Below, one piece after another: positions 17,686-27,900 of a stretch of 40,363 nucleotides of DNA. Under the pieces are notes generated by a model that saw only the letters and a list, made by a program, of their open reading frames with translations, was not told where the DNA came from and made no database searches. The DNA is taken from positions 1 to 40,363 of the forward strand of contig CAYLOA010000009.1 of NCBI GenBank assembly GCA_964385185.1. Direction: 5' to 3'. Source of the stretch: an uncultured Methanosarcinales archaeon (GTDB lineage: Archaea > Nanobdellota > Nanobdellia > Woesearchaeales > CALCXY01). Numbering within the stretch: the stretch's first letter is position 1; each line of letters starts with the position of its first letter. The translations under genes and the position numbers were made by a program.

Positions 17686-18657
17686 TTACTTCTTAGCCAA
17701 CGTAAACTGTGCCAATAAAGCTTCTAATTGTAAGAATTCATCACTTCCTTCTGTCATTCGGAATTCTATTTCACCGCATTTGTCAATGAGGGTAACTTTC
17801 GCACGGTCGTCTATTTCTAGGTTCCAGACTTCTTTTTGAATTTGTTTGATGATATCAAGGCCTGATAAACCATAGTCAAGCATTGTTTTTAGTAATAGAT
17901 TTCTTGCGTCTTCGAACTTGTTCTCTATTGATAGCTGGAGGAAGTTGTTTATTTCCTTTGGTCTTGCTATGGAAGCCATTGAGAACACCATGTCTTCTGA
18001 GATTGTGGTGTTTAGGGCTGCGCAGGATTGTAAAATATTTTCAGCCTTTCTGCAGTCTCCATTGGATACTGTGTAGAGTGCTTGCTCTGTTTTTTCGTCT
18101 ACTTTGATTTTTTCATTTTGTGCTATTTTCTTTATGATTTCTTTTACGTCTTTGTTTTCTAGTGGTCTGAATCTGAATACTGCGCATCTGGACTGGATAG
18201 GGTCGATTATTTTAGATGAGTAGTTGCAGGAGAGGATGAATCTCGTGGTAGTAGTATAATTCTCCATGGTTCTTCTTAGTGCTTGCTGTGCTTCTTTTGT
18301 TAGAGCATCGCATTCGTCTAGGTAGATTATTTTGAAAGGAACGTTGCCTATGGCTTTAGTTCTTGCGAAATCTTTTACTTCGTTTCTGATGACATCAATT
18401 CCTCTTGTGTCTGATGCATTTAGCTCTAATAAGCTGGAGCGCCAGTTATCTCCGAAGAGTTGTTTGGCTGTAACTAGGGCTAAGGATGTTTTTCCTGTCC
18501 CTGCGGGACCTGCAAACATTAAATGAGGCATATTTTGTTGTTTTACAAATGCTTGGACTTTGTTGACAATATCATCTTGTCCTTTAATGTCTGAGAAGTC
18601 TTGAGGACGGTATTTTTCTGTCCACATCATGCCTTGCGTATCTTTTGAATCAGCCAT
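17686..18657 (-). CDS. rfcS: Replication factor C small subunit
   Basis: WTEKYRP, GPAGTGKT, LELNASDTRGID, LDECD, SRC motif. No intein. Confidence 0.97.
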   Translation of the reverse strand: MADSKDTQGMMWTEKYRPQDFSDIKGQDDIVNKVQAFVKQQNMPHLMFAGPAGTGKTSLALVTAKQLFGDNWRSSLLELNASDTRGIDVIRNEVKDFARTKAIGNVPFKIIYLDECDALTKEAQQALRRTMENYTTTTRFILSCNYSSKIIDPIQSRCAVFRFRPLENKDVKEIIKKIAQNEKIKVDEKTEQALYTVSNGDCRKAENILQSCAALNTTISEDMVFSMASIARPKEINNFLQLSIENKFEDARNLLLKTMLDYGLSGLDIIKQIQKEVWNLEIDDRAKVTLIDKCGEIEFRMTEGSDEFLQLEALLAQFTLAKK

Positions 18658-18711
18658 GAATTTATAGAATGTAAGGTTGTTTAAAAAGTTATTGTAAGTC
18701 TATTATTAGAA

Positions 18712-18975
18712 TTAAATAATATCTTCTTCTGCGATGACTAAGAAGTCACCAATTGCAATAACTGCTGAAAATGGAATAAGAATATGATTGTCTTTGTCTT
18801 TTTCAAGCTCAAGTTTTTCTGTATAAGAAGTTGGATTTGCTAAAACGATGTGGATCAATTCACCTGATCTTGTTTCAAATATAATGTCTCCTACTTCACC
18901 GAATCTTTTACCTGTTTTTGAAACAACAGTTTTTCCGATGAGTTGTTTGGAGAATTTTTTATCGTCGTCAGCCAT
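18712..18975 (-). CDS. PRC-barrel domain protein (CdpB-like)
   Basis: LIGKTVVSKTGKRFGEVGDIIFETRSGEL...IPFSAVIAIGDFLVI. Confidence 0.9.
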   Translation of the reverse strand: MADDDKKFSKQLIGKTVVSKTGKRFGEVGDIIFETRSGELIHIVLANPTSYTEKLELEKDKDNHILIPFSAVIAIGDFLVIAEEDII

Positions 18976-19098
18976 CAATATCCCTTGTTTATTTAGTATT
19001 CAATAGTAGTTGATAATTAACTAGATGGATATAGTATTTAAAGGTTCCGTTTTGAAAAAAGTAAGCTTTTAATAGTCTGTAGTTACTTCTAATGTAGG

Positions 19099-20124
19099 AT
19101 GAATTTTGATGAAAAGTGGGCTCTAGTGACGAGAAATGCTCAAGAAATCGTTGATGAAGAAGAATTGAAGAAAATAATGCAGGGGAAGAAACAACCTGCT
19201 GTTTTTCTAGGTACTGCCATCACTGGGAGACCTCATGTTGGTTATTTTTTGTGGGTTATTAAGATGGCAGATTTTTTGAAGGCTGGTTGGAAAGTAAAAG
19301 TATTACTTGCTGATTTGCATGGAGCTTTAGATAACTGCCCTTGGGAATTGCTTGATAAAAGATACGATTATTATAATTTAGTTATCACTGGAATGTTTGA
19401 AAGTCTTGGTGTAAGTGTCAAAGATTTAGAATTTGTTAAAGGGAGTAGTTTTCAACTTGATAAAAAATATATGATGGATGTTATGAAAATGGCAAGCCAT
19501 GCTTCCGTTCGAAATGCTACCAAAGCAGGAAGTGAAGTGGTAAAACAGTCTGAAAATCCTAAATTGAGTGGATTATTGTATCCTATCTTTCAAGCTCTTG
19601 ATGAAGAGTACTTAGATGTAGATGTACAGTATGGTGGTGTTGATCAACGTAAGATTTTAATGTTTGCTCGTGAGTTCTTGCCTAAAGTGGGATATAAACC
19701 TCGAGTTGAGTTCATGACTCCACTCATTCCCGGACTTGTGGGAGAGAAGATGAGTGCTTCAAGTGAGGAGAGTAAGATTGATTTGCTAGACGATCTTAAA
19801 AAGATTCAGAAGAAAATGAATAAAGCCTTTTGCCCAGAAGGGGAAGTTGAAGGCAATGGTGTTTTGGCTTTTGCTAAACATATTATTTTTGTATTGAAAG
19901 GAGATTCTGGTGATAAATTCGTTATTGAGCGTCCTGAGAAGTTTGGTGGCAATGTTGAATACGGAGATTATAATGCCTTAGAGGAAGATTTTGTTGAAAG
20001 GAAATTACATCCTATGGATTTGAAGAATGGGGTTGCTCGAGAGATTGATGTATTGCTAGCACCTATTCGTAAGAAAGCAGAGGGTAAGGACAAACTTATT
20101 TCTGATGCTTACCCTGAATCATAG
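19099..20124 (+). CDS. tyrS: Tyrosine--tRNA ligase
   Basis: GTAITGRPHVGY (HIGH), LYPIFQALDEEYL, GGVDQRKI, KMSAS. Confidence 0.97.
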   Translation: MNFDEKWALVTRNAQEIVDEEELKKIMQGKKQPAVFLGTAITGRPHVGYFLWVIKMADFLKAGWKVKVLLADLHGALDNCPWELLDKRYDYYNLVITGMFESLGVSVKDLEFVKGSSFQLDKKYMMDVMKMASHASVRNATKAGSEVVKQSENPKLSGLLYPIFQALDEEYLDVDVQYGGVDQRKILMFAREFLPKVGYKPRVEFMTPLIPGLVGEKMSASSEESKIDLLDDLKKIQKKMNKAFCPEGEVEGNGVLAFAKHIIFVLKGDSGDKFVIERPEKFGGNVEYGDYNALEEDFVERKLHPMDLKNGVAREIDVLLAPIRKKAEGKDKLISDAYPES

Positions 20125-21310
20125 TTTCTGTATAATACTTTAAGTATTTATTTTTTATTCTAGTGATGTCTGCTTTGGTAACTGCTTTTATTTTTTTGAT
20201 GTATGTAGCAACATCTAGAGAAGAATTTGTGTACTGGGCAAATGCCAATTCATCTGCGTATTTCTGTGTATCTTCCATTGTGAGTAGTAGGTCTCCTTCT
20301 ATGTATGATTTTACATCTGCAAATTCTTTAGGAGTAATTTTGTCAACATTTTGAATTTGTTGGAGTAATAATGATTTTGCTTTGGCCAGATTCTTTTTTT
20401 GTGTGGAGAGATATACTGCAAAAAAGCCATAATCTGTTTCGTCATCAAAGTGGGAGCCAATATCGTAACATAATGAAGTGGCTTGTCTAATTTGTCTGAA
20501 TAATCGTCCCGAGAGTGGCATGCCCAATATGGCGTCAATTATATCAAGGACTGGTGCGTCTTTATGTGATTTTTGCACAGCATGGAATCCTATGTTTAAA
20601 TAACAATGATTGATATCTTTGGTTATGGATTTTTTTCTATTTGCCTTTTGGAGTGGTTCTTTTGGGATTAATTTTTTTGTTGCTTTTGTTGAAGGGAGTT
20701 TAGCAAATGTTGATTTTAGTAGATCTAGGTGAGCAGGCGTATAATTACCTACTAATGTGAGGATAATATTTGAAGGGATATATGTTGCTTTAAAAAAATC
20801 TTGAAATTGCTTTTTCGTGAATGTGCTGATTGTTTTTTCATATCCTATGACTGGGTATTGTGCTGGATGTTTTGTGTACATTGTTGATTGTAATAACTCC
20901 CATTGGTACGAACGTGGTTCATCTTGACGCATTCGTAATTCTGATAAGACGATGTTTCTTTCTCTTTCTATTATGTCTTTTTTGAAAGCTGGATTTTGTA
21001 GCATGTCTGCAAGAATGGTAATTGCTAACGGGAGGTGTTTTTTTAAGAGTTTGATATAGTATGCCGTTCTCGTGTTGGAAGTAAAAGCTCCAAAATCTCC
21101 ACCTTTGGATTCAATTGTGGATGCTATTTCAAAAGCAGATCTTGTTGTTGTTCCTTCGAATAGTAAGTGCTCGATGAAATGAGAAATTCCTCGTGTTTTT
21201 GCTGCTTCATGATTTGAACCCACTTTTATGGTTGCTTGCAGTGTAATTGATTGCGTCGGTTTTTTTACAGCTATTATTGTTAAATTGTTAGGTAAGATAA
21301 TTTTTTCCAT
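20096..21310 (-). CDS. M16 family zinc peptidase
   Basis: GISHFIEHLLFEGT (HxxEH), AFTS, ERNIVLSE, SGRLFRQIR. Confidence 0.95.
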   Translation of the reverse strand: MEKIILPNNLTIIAVKKPTQSITLQATIKVGSNHEAAKTRGISHFIEHLLFEGTTTRSAFEIASTIESKGGDFGAFTSNTRTAYYIKLLKKHLPLAITILADMLQNPAFKKDIIERERNIVLSELRMRQDEPRSYQWELLQSTMYTKHPAQYPVIGYEKTISTFTKKQFQDFFKATYIPSNIILTLVGNYTPAHLDLLKSTFAKLPSTKATKKLIPKEPLQKANRKKSITKDINHCYLNIGFHAVQKSHKDAPVLDIIDAILGMPLSGRLFRQIRQATSLCYDIGSHFDDETDYGFFAVYLSTQKKNLAKAKSLLLQQIQNVDKITPKEFADVKSYIEGDLLLTMEDTQKYADELAFAQYTNSSLDVATYIKKIKAVTKADITRIKNKYLKYYTETMIQGKHQK

Positions 21311-21348
21311 AAAGCAATGTTTATATAATGTTATTTAATAGTTATGAT

Positions 21349-22407
21349 ATGCTAAAGGACTTGCAAAAATCTATGAAGAAGAATAGGATGAAGGCTGTAT
21401 TATTATTTAACAGTTCATTGCATAAGATGGATCCTAATATTGCCTATTTTTCTGGAGTGTGGATGGAATTTGGATTTGTTGTAGTTCCTGTTACGGGTAA
21501 ACCGGTTTTGGTTGTTCCTCTTTTTGAATATGTGAGAGCGAAAAAGGAATCTAAGATTAAGACGATAGCTATGCAGAAAGGAAAATTAGATGTGCAGCTG
21601 AAGAAATTGTTGTCCGGTAGGAAGGTTGGGGTACATATGAATCATTTAGCCGTAAATGAGCTTAAGTGGTTGAAGAAGTTGGTTAAGAAGAAGTATGTAG
21701 ATGTCAGTAAGGATCTTATAGTTGCTCGAAGTATCAAAAGTCCAGAAGAGATTAAGATTGTTAAGAAATCTTGTGGAATCTGTGAAGGTATATTGAAGAA
21801 ATGTTTTAGTACGTTTAAGAAATTTAAGACTGAGTTGGATGTTGCTGAGTTTTTGGAGTCGGAGACGGTAAAGGCTGGGTGTGAGTTGGCTTTTCCACCG
21901 ATTGTTGCTTCTGGGAGTAACGCAGGGATGGCTCACCATAGTCCTGCGAAGGTAAAATTGAAGAAAGGCTTCTGTGTGATTGATTTTGGGGTTAAGTATC
22001 GGGGCTATTGTAGTGATATTACTCGGACGGTGTATATTGGTAAGCCTACGGCTCAGGAAATTGCTGTGTATGATGAAGTATTGGACGTTCAAGAAACATG
22101 TGTTCGTATGTCTGTAAAAGGTCAAAAATGCTCAGTAGTGTATGATTATGCATGGGATCAATTAGGAAAGAAATTTACTCATGGATTGGGGCATGGAATT
22201 GGGGTAGAGATTCATGAATGGCCGAATCTTAAACCTAAAGGGAAAGAAGTTTTTGAGAATGGGATGATCTTTACTGTTGAACCTGGAATATATGATGGAA
22301 AAATGGGAATCAGGATAGAAGACGATGTTTTAATTGAAAACGGTAAGCCTAAAGTGTTAACTCCATCTTCTAAATTATTAAGGATTTTTAATCTAAATCA
22401 AAAGTAA
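21349..22407 (+). CDS. Xaa-Pro aminopeptidase/prolidase (M24B)
   Basis: IDFG...SDITRT, HGLGHGIGVEIHE, TVEPGIY, GIRIEDDV. Alternative start at 21328. Confidence 0.95.
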   Translation: MLKDLQKSMKKNRMKAVLLFNSSLHKMDPNIAYFSGVWMEFGFVVVPVTGKPVLVVPLFEYVRAKKESKIKTIAMQKGKLDVQLKKLLSGRKVGVHMNHLAVNELKWLKKLVKKKYVDVSKDLIVARSIKSPEEIKIVKKSCGICEGILKKCFSTFKKFKTELDVAEFLESETVKAGCELAFPPIVASGSNAGMAHHSPAKVKLKKGFCVIDFGVKYRGYCSDITRTVYIGKPTAQEIAVYDEVLDVQETCVRMSVKGQKCSVVYDYAWDQLGKKFTHGLGHGIGVEIHEWPNLKPKGKEVFENGMIFTVEPGIYDGKMGIRIEDDVLIENGKPKVLTPSSKLLRIFNLNQK

Positions 22408-23464
22408 ATTTACCATTTTCTTGGACTGTTTTACCATCTAGGATAATTTTTCCACCCTTTCTTAAGTCTTTGATCATATCCCAATGGAGGGCAGATTCAT
22501 TTACTCCACCGCCTTCTTTATAGGCCATGCCTAAAGCTAAATGTATGGTTCCACCTATTTTTTCATCAAATAGAATTTGCTTTGTGAATTTTTGAATGTT
22601 GTAGTTCATACCGATGCCAAATTCTCCTAGTCTGGAAGCTCCTTCATCCATGGCAATCATTTCTTTGAGGAATTCTTCGTTCTTTTCAGCTGTTGCCTTT
22701 ATGACTTTTCCGTTTTCAAACCATAATTTGACACCGTCGACTTCTTTTCCCATGTAGATTACTGGGAAAGTGTATTTTATGTGACCGTTTGCTGAATCGT
22801 CTACTGGAGCTAGGAAAACTTCACCATCTGGCATATTTCTGGTTCCATAGCATTTATTGGCAGTTCTTCCTTTAATACTGAATGTGAGATCTGTATCTTC
22901 TCCTAGAATATGTACCTCTTCGCCTTTGTCGAATACTTCTTTTAGTTTTGTTTGCTTCTTTTCTATTGCAGACCAATCGATATTACAAGCATCAAATACA
23001 AAATCTTGATATTCTTCTAAGGACATTTCTGCATCTTGTGCTAATGCGTTTGTAGGATACTCTAAGATAACCCAATTGTCTTTTTTTAGGATTAATTCTG
23101 AAATTGGCTTTGTAACTTTTCTTCTATCAGCCATTTTTTTCGCATCTATGCTTGTAAGTTCTTTAGTATTTTCTGGAGCTCCAATTGAAATAAAACCGTC
23201 TGTTTTTTCAGCAGCTTGTTTTCTTAATTCTGGAAAGTGAGCTAGATGGTGATCTTGAGCATATTTGAAATATACGTATGATGATCCTGGCATCCCTACT
23301 TCTAGTTTTGGGAAGGCTCCAAGTTCTAGGATTCTTTTCATTAATTCTAATGCTAATGGTTTAGCTTCAGGAGGGGTTGAGATTTCAATGAAATCTCCTT
23401 TCTTTATTTTAATTGAGTGTGTTGTTAATATTTCTGCTAGTTTTATAATTCTTGGATCTGTCAT
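22388..23464 (-). CDS. Aminopeptidase, M29 (AmpS/AmpT) family
   Basis: NMPDGEVF, LGEFGIG, ILFDEKIGGTIHLALG, SALHWDM. Confidence 0.95.
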   Translation of the reverse strand: MTDPRIIKLAEILTTHSIKIKKGDFIEISTPPEAKPLALELMKRILELGAFPKLEVGMPGSSYVYFKYAQDHHLAHFPELRKQAAEKTDGFISIGAPENTKELTSIDAKKMADRRKVTKPISELILKKDNWVILEYPTNALAQDAEMSLEEYQDFVFDACNIDWSAIEKKQTKLKEVFDKGEEVHILGEDTDLTFSIKGRTANKCYGTRNMPDGEVFLAPVDDSANGHIKYTFPVIYMGKEVDGVKLWFENGKVIKATAEKNEEFLKEMIAMDEGASRLGEFGIGMNYNIQKFTKQILFDEKIGGTIHLALGMAYKEGGGVNESALHWDMIKDLRKGGKIILDGKTVQENGKFTFDLD

Positions 23465-23512
23465 AATTTGCAGGAGGTGTGGGTAGTATTTAAGGTTTAT
23501 GTTGGTTGAGAA

Positions 23513-24643
23513 TTATCCAAACATGTTCAAGAAATTTTCAGGGTCATCTGTTTTAATCTTTTTTATTGCTTCTAAAAAATCTGAATGAGTTACTTGAGTT
23601 CTATTATCTCGAATTGCAAAATATCCTGCTTCAGTACATGCTGAATGGATTTCTGCTCCAGAAAACTCTTTCATCTCTTTGATTAGTTTGTGAACATTTA
23701 CATTTTTATCCGTTCGCATGTCTTTAGTATGAATTTTGAAAATTTCCTTTTTACCTTCGAGTGTTGGAATATCTACTGAAATATGTCGGTCTAATCTTCC
23801 TGGTCTAAGAATTGCTGGATCTAAGATATCTTTTCTATTTGTACATCCAATAATTTTTACATTGTCCAGACTTTTGAATCCATCAATTTCAGCTAGGAGT
23901 TGCATAAATGTTCTTTGTACCTCTCTTTCTCCAGAAGTTCCTACATCGACTCTTGTTGCAGCTAGAGCATCTAGTTCGTCAATGAAAACGATGGATGGTG
24001 CTTTTTCTCTTGCTAATTGAAATACTTCCTTGACTAATTTTGCACCTTCACCAATAAATTTCTGAACTAATTCTGATCCTACAATTTCGATAAATGTTGA
24101 TTTAGTTGAAGTAGCAACTGCTTTGGCCAACAAGGTTTTTCCTGTTCCTGGTGGACCATGGAGAAGAATTCCTTTTGGTGGTGTAATTCCCACTTTTTTG
24201 AATAACTCTGGTTTCTTTAAAGGAAGTTCAATAACTTCTTTTATTTCTTCAGATTGTCTTTCTAATCCTCCTACTGCATCCCAAGGAACTTGGGGAGTTT
24301 CAATTATAACGAATTTCTCTACATCAAATGTTTTTTGAGAGGTAATCTTCCGGATAACATTTAAGTTCTTTTGTTCTGCTAGAACTGTGTCTCCTGGAGC
24401 TAATTTTTCACAATCTGTAGCAACATTTACAAAGAAAGATGAACCGTTTGGAATTTTAATTACTGCATTATCATCCATTAAGTCTTTTACTTCGCATACC
24501 ATTAATGGTGCGGACTTTAATCTAGAAATTTCAGCTCTTAGTGATGCAACTGTTTCTTTTAGAATTCTATTTTCTTCTTCTAACTGGGTTAAGTCGGTTG
24601 CATAGCTGTAGACTACGTTTTCGATTTTTGTATTTGATGACAT
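23513..24643 (-). CDS. pan: Proteasome-activating nucleotidase
   Basis: N-terminal coiled coil and OB fold, [29 protein letters not shown]. Confidence 0.95.
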   Translation of the reverse strand: MSSNTKIENVVYSYATDLTQLEEENRILKETVASLRAEISRLKSAPLMVCEVKDLMDDNAVIKIPNGSSFFVNVATDCEKLAPGDTVLAEQKNLNVIRKITSQKTFDVEKFVIIETPQVPWDAVGGLERQSEEIKEVIELPLKKPELFKKVGITPPKGILLHGPPGTGKTLLAKAVATSTKSTFIEIVGSELVQKFIGEGAKLVKEVFQLAREKAPSIVFIDELDALAATRVDVGTSGEREVQRTFMQLLAEIDGFKSLDNVKIIGCTNRKDILDPAILRPGRLDRHISVDIPTLEGKKEIFKIHTKDMRTDKNVNVHKLIKEMKEFSGAEIHSACTEAGYFAIRDNRTQVTHSDFLEAIKKIKTDDPENFLNMFG

Positions 24644-24866
24644 TTAAAAGTTAAAGTGTGGTGGGTGTTTTTAAAGGTTTGGATTATGTTGTAAAATACT
24701 TAAAAGGTGGATTAATAAAATTTGATTCTATCTAGAATTCTAAAATACATCCTCGGCAGTTACTTCCCTTCGTCACAGCGTTAGCTTAGATGGTGTTCAC
24801 GTCACTCATTGGATGCAATATGTAGTAATGAGGTTCTTTATTTAAATACTCGTTTTATTTCTTTTA

Positions 24867-24965
24867 TCTTACATTGTAAGTATTATTACGATAGATTTAT
24901 AAAAGAATACTGACAATGTAAGTATATTGTAGGAATTATTATAAATAAACACTTACAATGTAAGT
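24867..24965. promoter_or_regulatory. Three palindromic operator-like boxes (consensus ACTTACAWTGTAAGT) at 42-bp spacing
   Basis: TCTTACATTGTAAGT 24867-81, ACTGACAATGTAAGT 24909-23, ACTTACAATGTAAGT 24951-65, with TATA-like tracts between them. Confidence 0.8.
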
Positions 24966-24979
24966 AAAATAGTGGGTTT

Positions 24980-27900
24980 ATGAGTAAAAAAGAGGACAAA
25001 ATAGATAGACATAGACCGTTTTCTTTAGGGATATTGCTCTTATTATTGAGTGTTTTAGTGCTTAGTTCTTGTACCTCTCATTTTGGAATTACAGGATTTG
25101 TTGTTTATGATGAGATTGAATCGAGAGATATTGTCAATATTAGTTTTATTGAAAATATTGAATATAATTTATCATTACCTAGAGGGATTACGTCACTTAG
25201 ATTATCAGGGGTGTTACATGGAGATGGAAATGCTCAGGCGTATTTATTATATGGTGAAACTAGAAAACTTGCCTTAGATTTAGGTGAGGAGGAGGTGGAT
25301 TTAGTAAATATTTCAAGTATTGGTGAGTTTAGGATAACAGGAGATGAGGAAAATATCTCTAAAAGAGAGATTAGTATAGATTTGCAGTATCAGGAAGGTA
25401 GTAATTTTGACACTAATGATGATGGAGTAGAGACTCAAGGAAAAATAATTGATTATAGTATTGAAACTGAATTTAATTGGGAAGTGGATGAATCTAATCT
25501 ATGTACATTATGGGAAGTCTACTCTCAAGAAAGAGAAGAGAGTACCTATTTTTGTAATGGAAATCAAAGATGTTGTAATTTACGGGAATTAGAGCCAAGT
25601 CAAGAGCAGTGGAATAGTGTTTTATATTTATATGAAGGTCTCTATGACTCAACAGAACATAATTCTATTACTTCTGAAGTACATTATGTTGATTTTGATA
25701 TAAGTCTTGAGAATCCTTTTTTAGAATTACATTCTTCGGATAGTGAAACTTTAGATGGAATTTTTCACGATCGAGAATTTGAGTTTAATGATATATGTGA
25801 AGAGACTTGTTTCATGGATAGGATTGATAGTGATGAATTATTTTTAGAGGTAGTGTTAGAAGATGCAATATTAGAGATTAATCAGATCTATTATACTCAA
25901 GATATAGAGAGAAATCAATCAGTAACACCACCCCAATTAATTGAAGATATACCTTCATTAGTGATGTATAAGAATAATAATATGAGTTTAAATCTTTCAC
26001 CCTATTTTCAAGATGATAGTGAGATAAATTATACTTTTCTTCCTATTGGGAAGATTAATCTATCTGTTGATGGAAACAATTTACATATAAATCCTAAACC
26101 TAATATTACTGGAACTTATTTTACATTTATAACAGTAAATGATTCTAGAAGTATTGCAGTAAGTAATTTGTTTAATATAACTGTTAAGGAAGAAGTAGTG
26201 CTTAATATAACTGAAAATATTACTCAACAGGAACTTGTTGTGTTAGGACAACCTGTAAGATGGGTTAAAAGGGTTGATTTAGGGAATAAGACAGAGAATA
26301 TTACGATTAACCTTAGTAAAGATGCATTAAATGTTTCTGTAGTGAAGGTTGAGGGGGGTGAGAGGGTTGAGGTTGAAGAGGTTAAGATTGAGTATAGGGG
26401 CAAGATAAAAACTTTAGAGGAGTATGGAGATGATAGAGAGATTGAGAAAATTGATAGAGAAATAGATGAACTTCAAAATGAGAAACGAGATAATATTGTT
26501 GATAATGAAAAGGTGAGAGAGTTAAATAAAGAGATTCTTAAATTGAAAACTGAAAAAGATTTGATTAGTGGTGCTGTAGTTTTTGAAGGTGGAGGGAAAG
26601 GTTTGGTGACAAGGTTTTTTGAGTGGTTATTTGTTGAGTTTGATGCTGATATTACAGGAAATGTAGTTGTTGAGATTGACGAAAATATTCAAAATGATTC
26701 TTCAGTGATTATTGAAGAGACTGTTGAAGAGGTAGAGATAGAATATTATACAGAAGGCCCGAGTTCATATGAGAAAATTTTAGATAATGGGAAAGAGGTT
26801 GTTATATCATCAGATATTCATTATGAAAATATTTTAGCTTTTACCGAAGTTGATAATGTTGATCCTCAAGCAATAAATATTGTTTGGGTGAGGAATGGAT
26901 CAAGAGAATATGTTGAGATATATGACAAGGTAGATAGAGATCAAGATGGTTATATCGATGAAGTGTATTGGATTGTTCCTCATTTGAGTAATCAAACATA
27001 TGAAATTATAATTAGGATTGAAAATGCAGAACATCTAGATGAGAATAGAACATATATTGAAAATATTTATGATTTAGTATCTTTTAAAGATGGTAATTAT
27101 TCAACAATCCCTAAAGATCATTTTATTAGGGTTACTTTTGAAAGACCTCTTGATAGACTAAAAGATATTACTGTTCATGGTAAAAGTAATTCTACTTCTA
27201 GGGTAGAAATCTATCTTAATAATTCTAATGATTTGATTGCTACCATAGAAAATATAGGTGAAGAGGGAAGTTATAGGACTTTATTAACAAACCTTGAGGG
27301 CAGCTCCTCTACTTTTGATCTAAAAGTTTTGGATGATGATCTTGATGTTGATATGATTATAGATCCAAGTATCAGTGAGTGTAGTGATATTACATCTCCA
27401 GGGACATATACTGTAACTGCTCATCTTGTTTCTCAATTAACTTGTATAAATATTAACGCAGATGATGTGATTCTAGATTGTCAAGAAAATGAGATAGCTT
27501 ATAATGGAGCTGCTCTTGAAAGTTATGGAATTAATATTACTCATGCAGATAATGTAGTCATAAAGAATTGTAGGATTAATCAAACTTTGAGAACTAATAG
27601 TGCTTACGCAATTTCTATTGTAAATTCAACTCGAGTAACTGTTCAAGATACTAACATTAGGACAGGAGCATTTATAGCTTATGGAATTAATGCCAGAAAC
27701 TCAGAGGGCATTAATATAACCTCAATAAATTATACAGGATTTGATAATTCTATTTATTTCTCAAATGTAAATAATTCTGTAGTAGAACTTAGTAATCTTA
27801 CATCTTATGATAGGACAGGGCTTTGGCTTACAGGTGGGAGTTATAATCTCACCATTAGAAATAATTATGTTTATATTAATGATTCAAGCCAAACAGCAAT

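Noticed and set aside
17686..18657. Possible intein in rfcS
   Set aside because: Normal length (323 aa) with a continuous Walker A region.
18665..18700. TGTAAG half-sites upstream of rfcS resembling the giant-gene operator
   Set aside because: Only half-sites, with no palindromic partner.
23513..23530. PAN C-terminus MFG rather than canonical HbYX
   Set aside because: Phe at the penultimate position occurs in other archaeal PANs; not notable.
24747..24817. GC-richer spacer patch with CACAG and CATCC/GGATG ends as a fifth ACA element
   Set aside because: The stem around CACAG is only about 3 bp with a bulge; too weak to support, though it may be a decayed copy.
24867..24965. Mini-CRISPR interpretation of the three regularly spaced repeats
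   Set aside because: Repeats are only 15 bp, spacers are 27-bp TATA-like tracts, and no cas genes are present; an operator array fits better.
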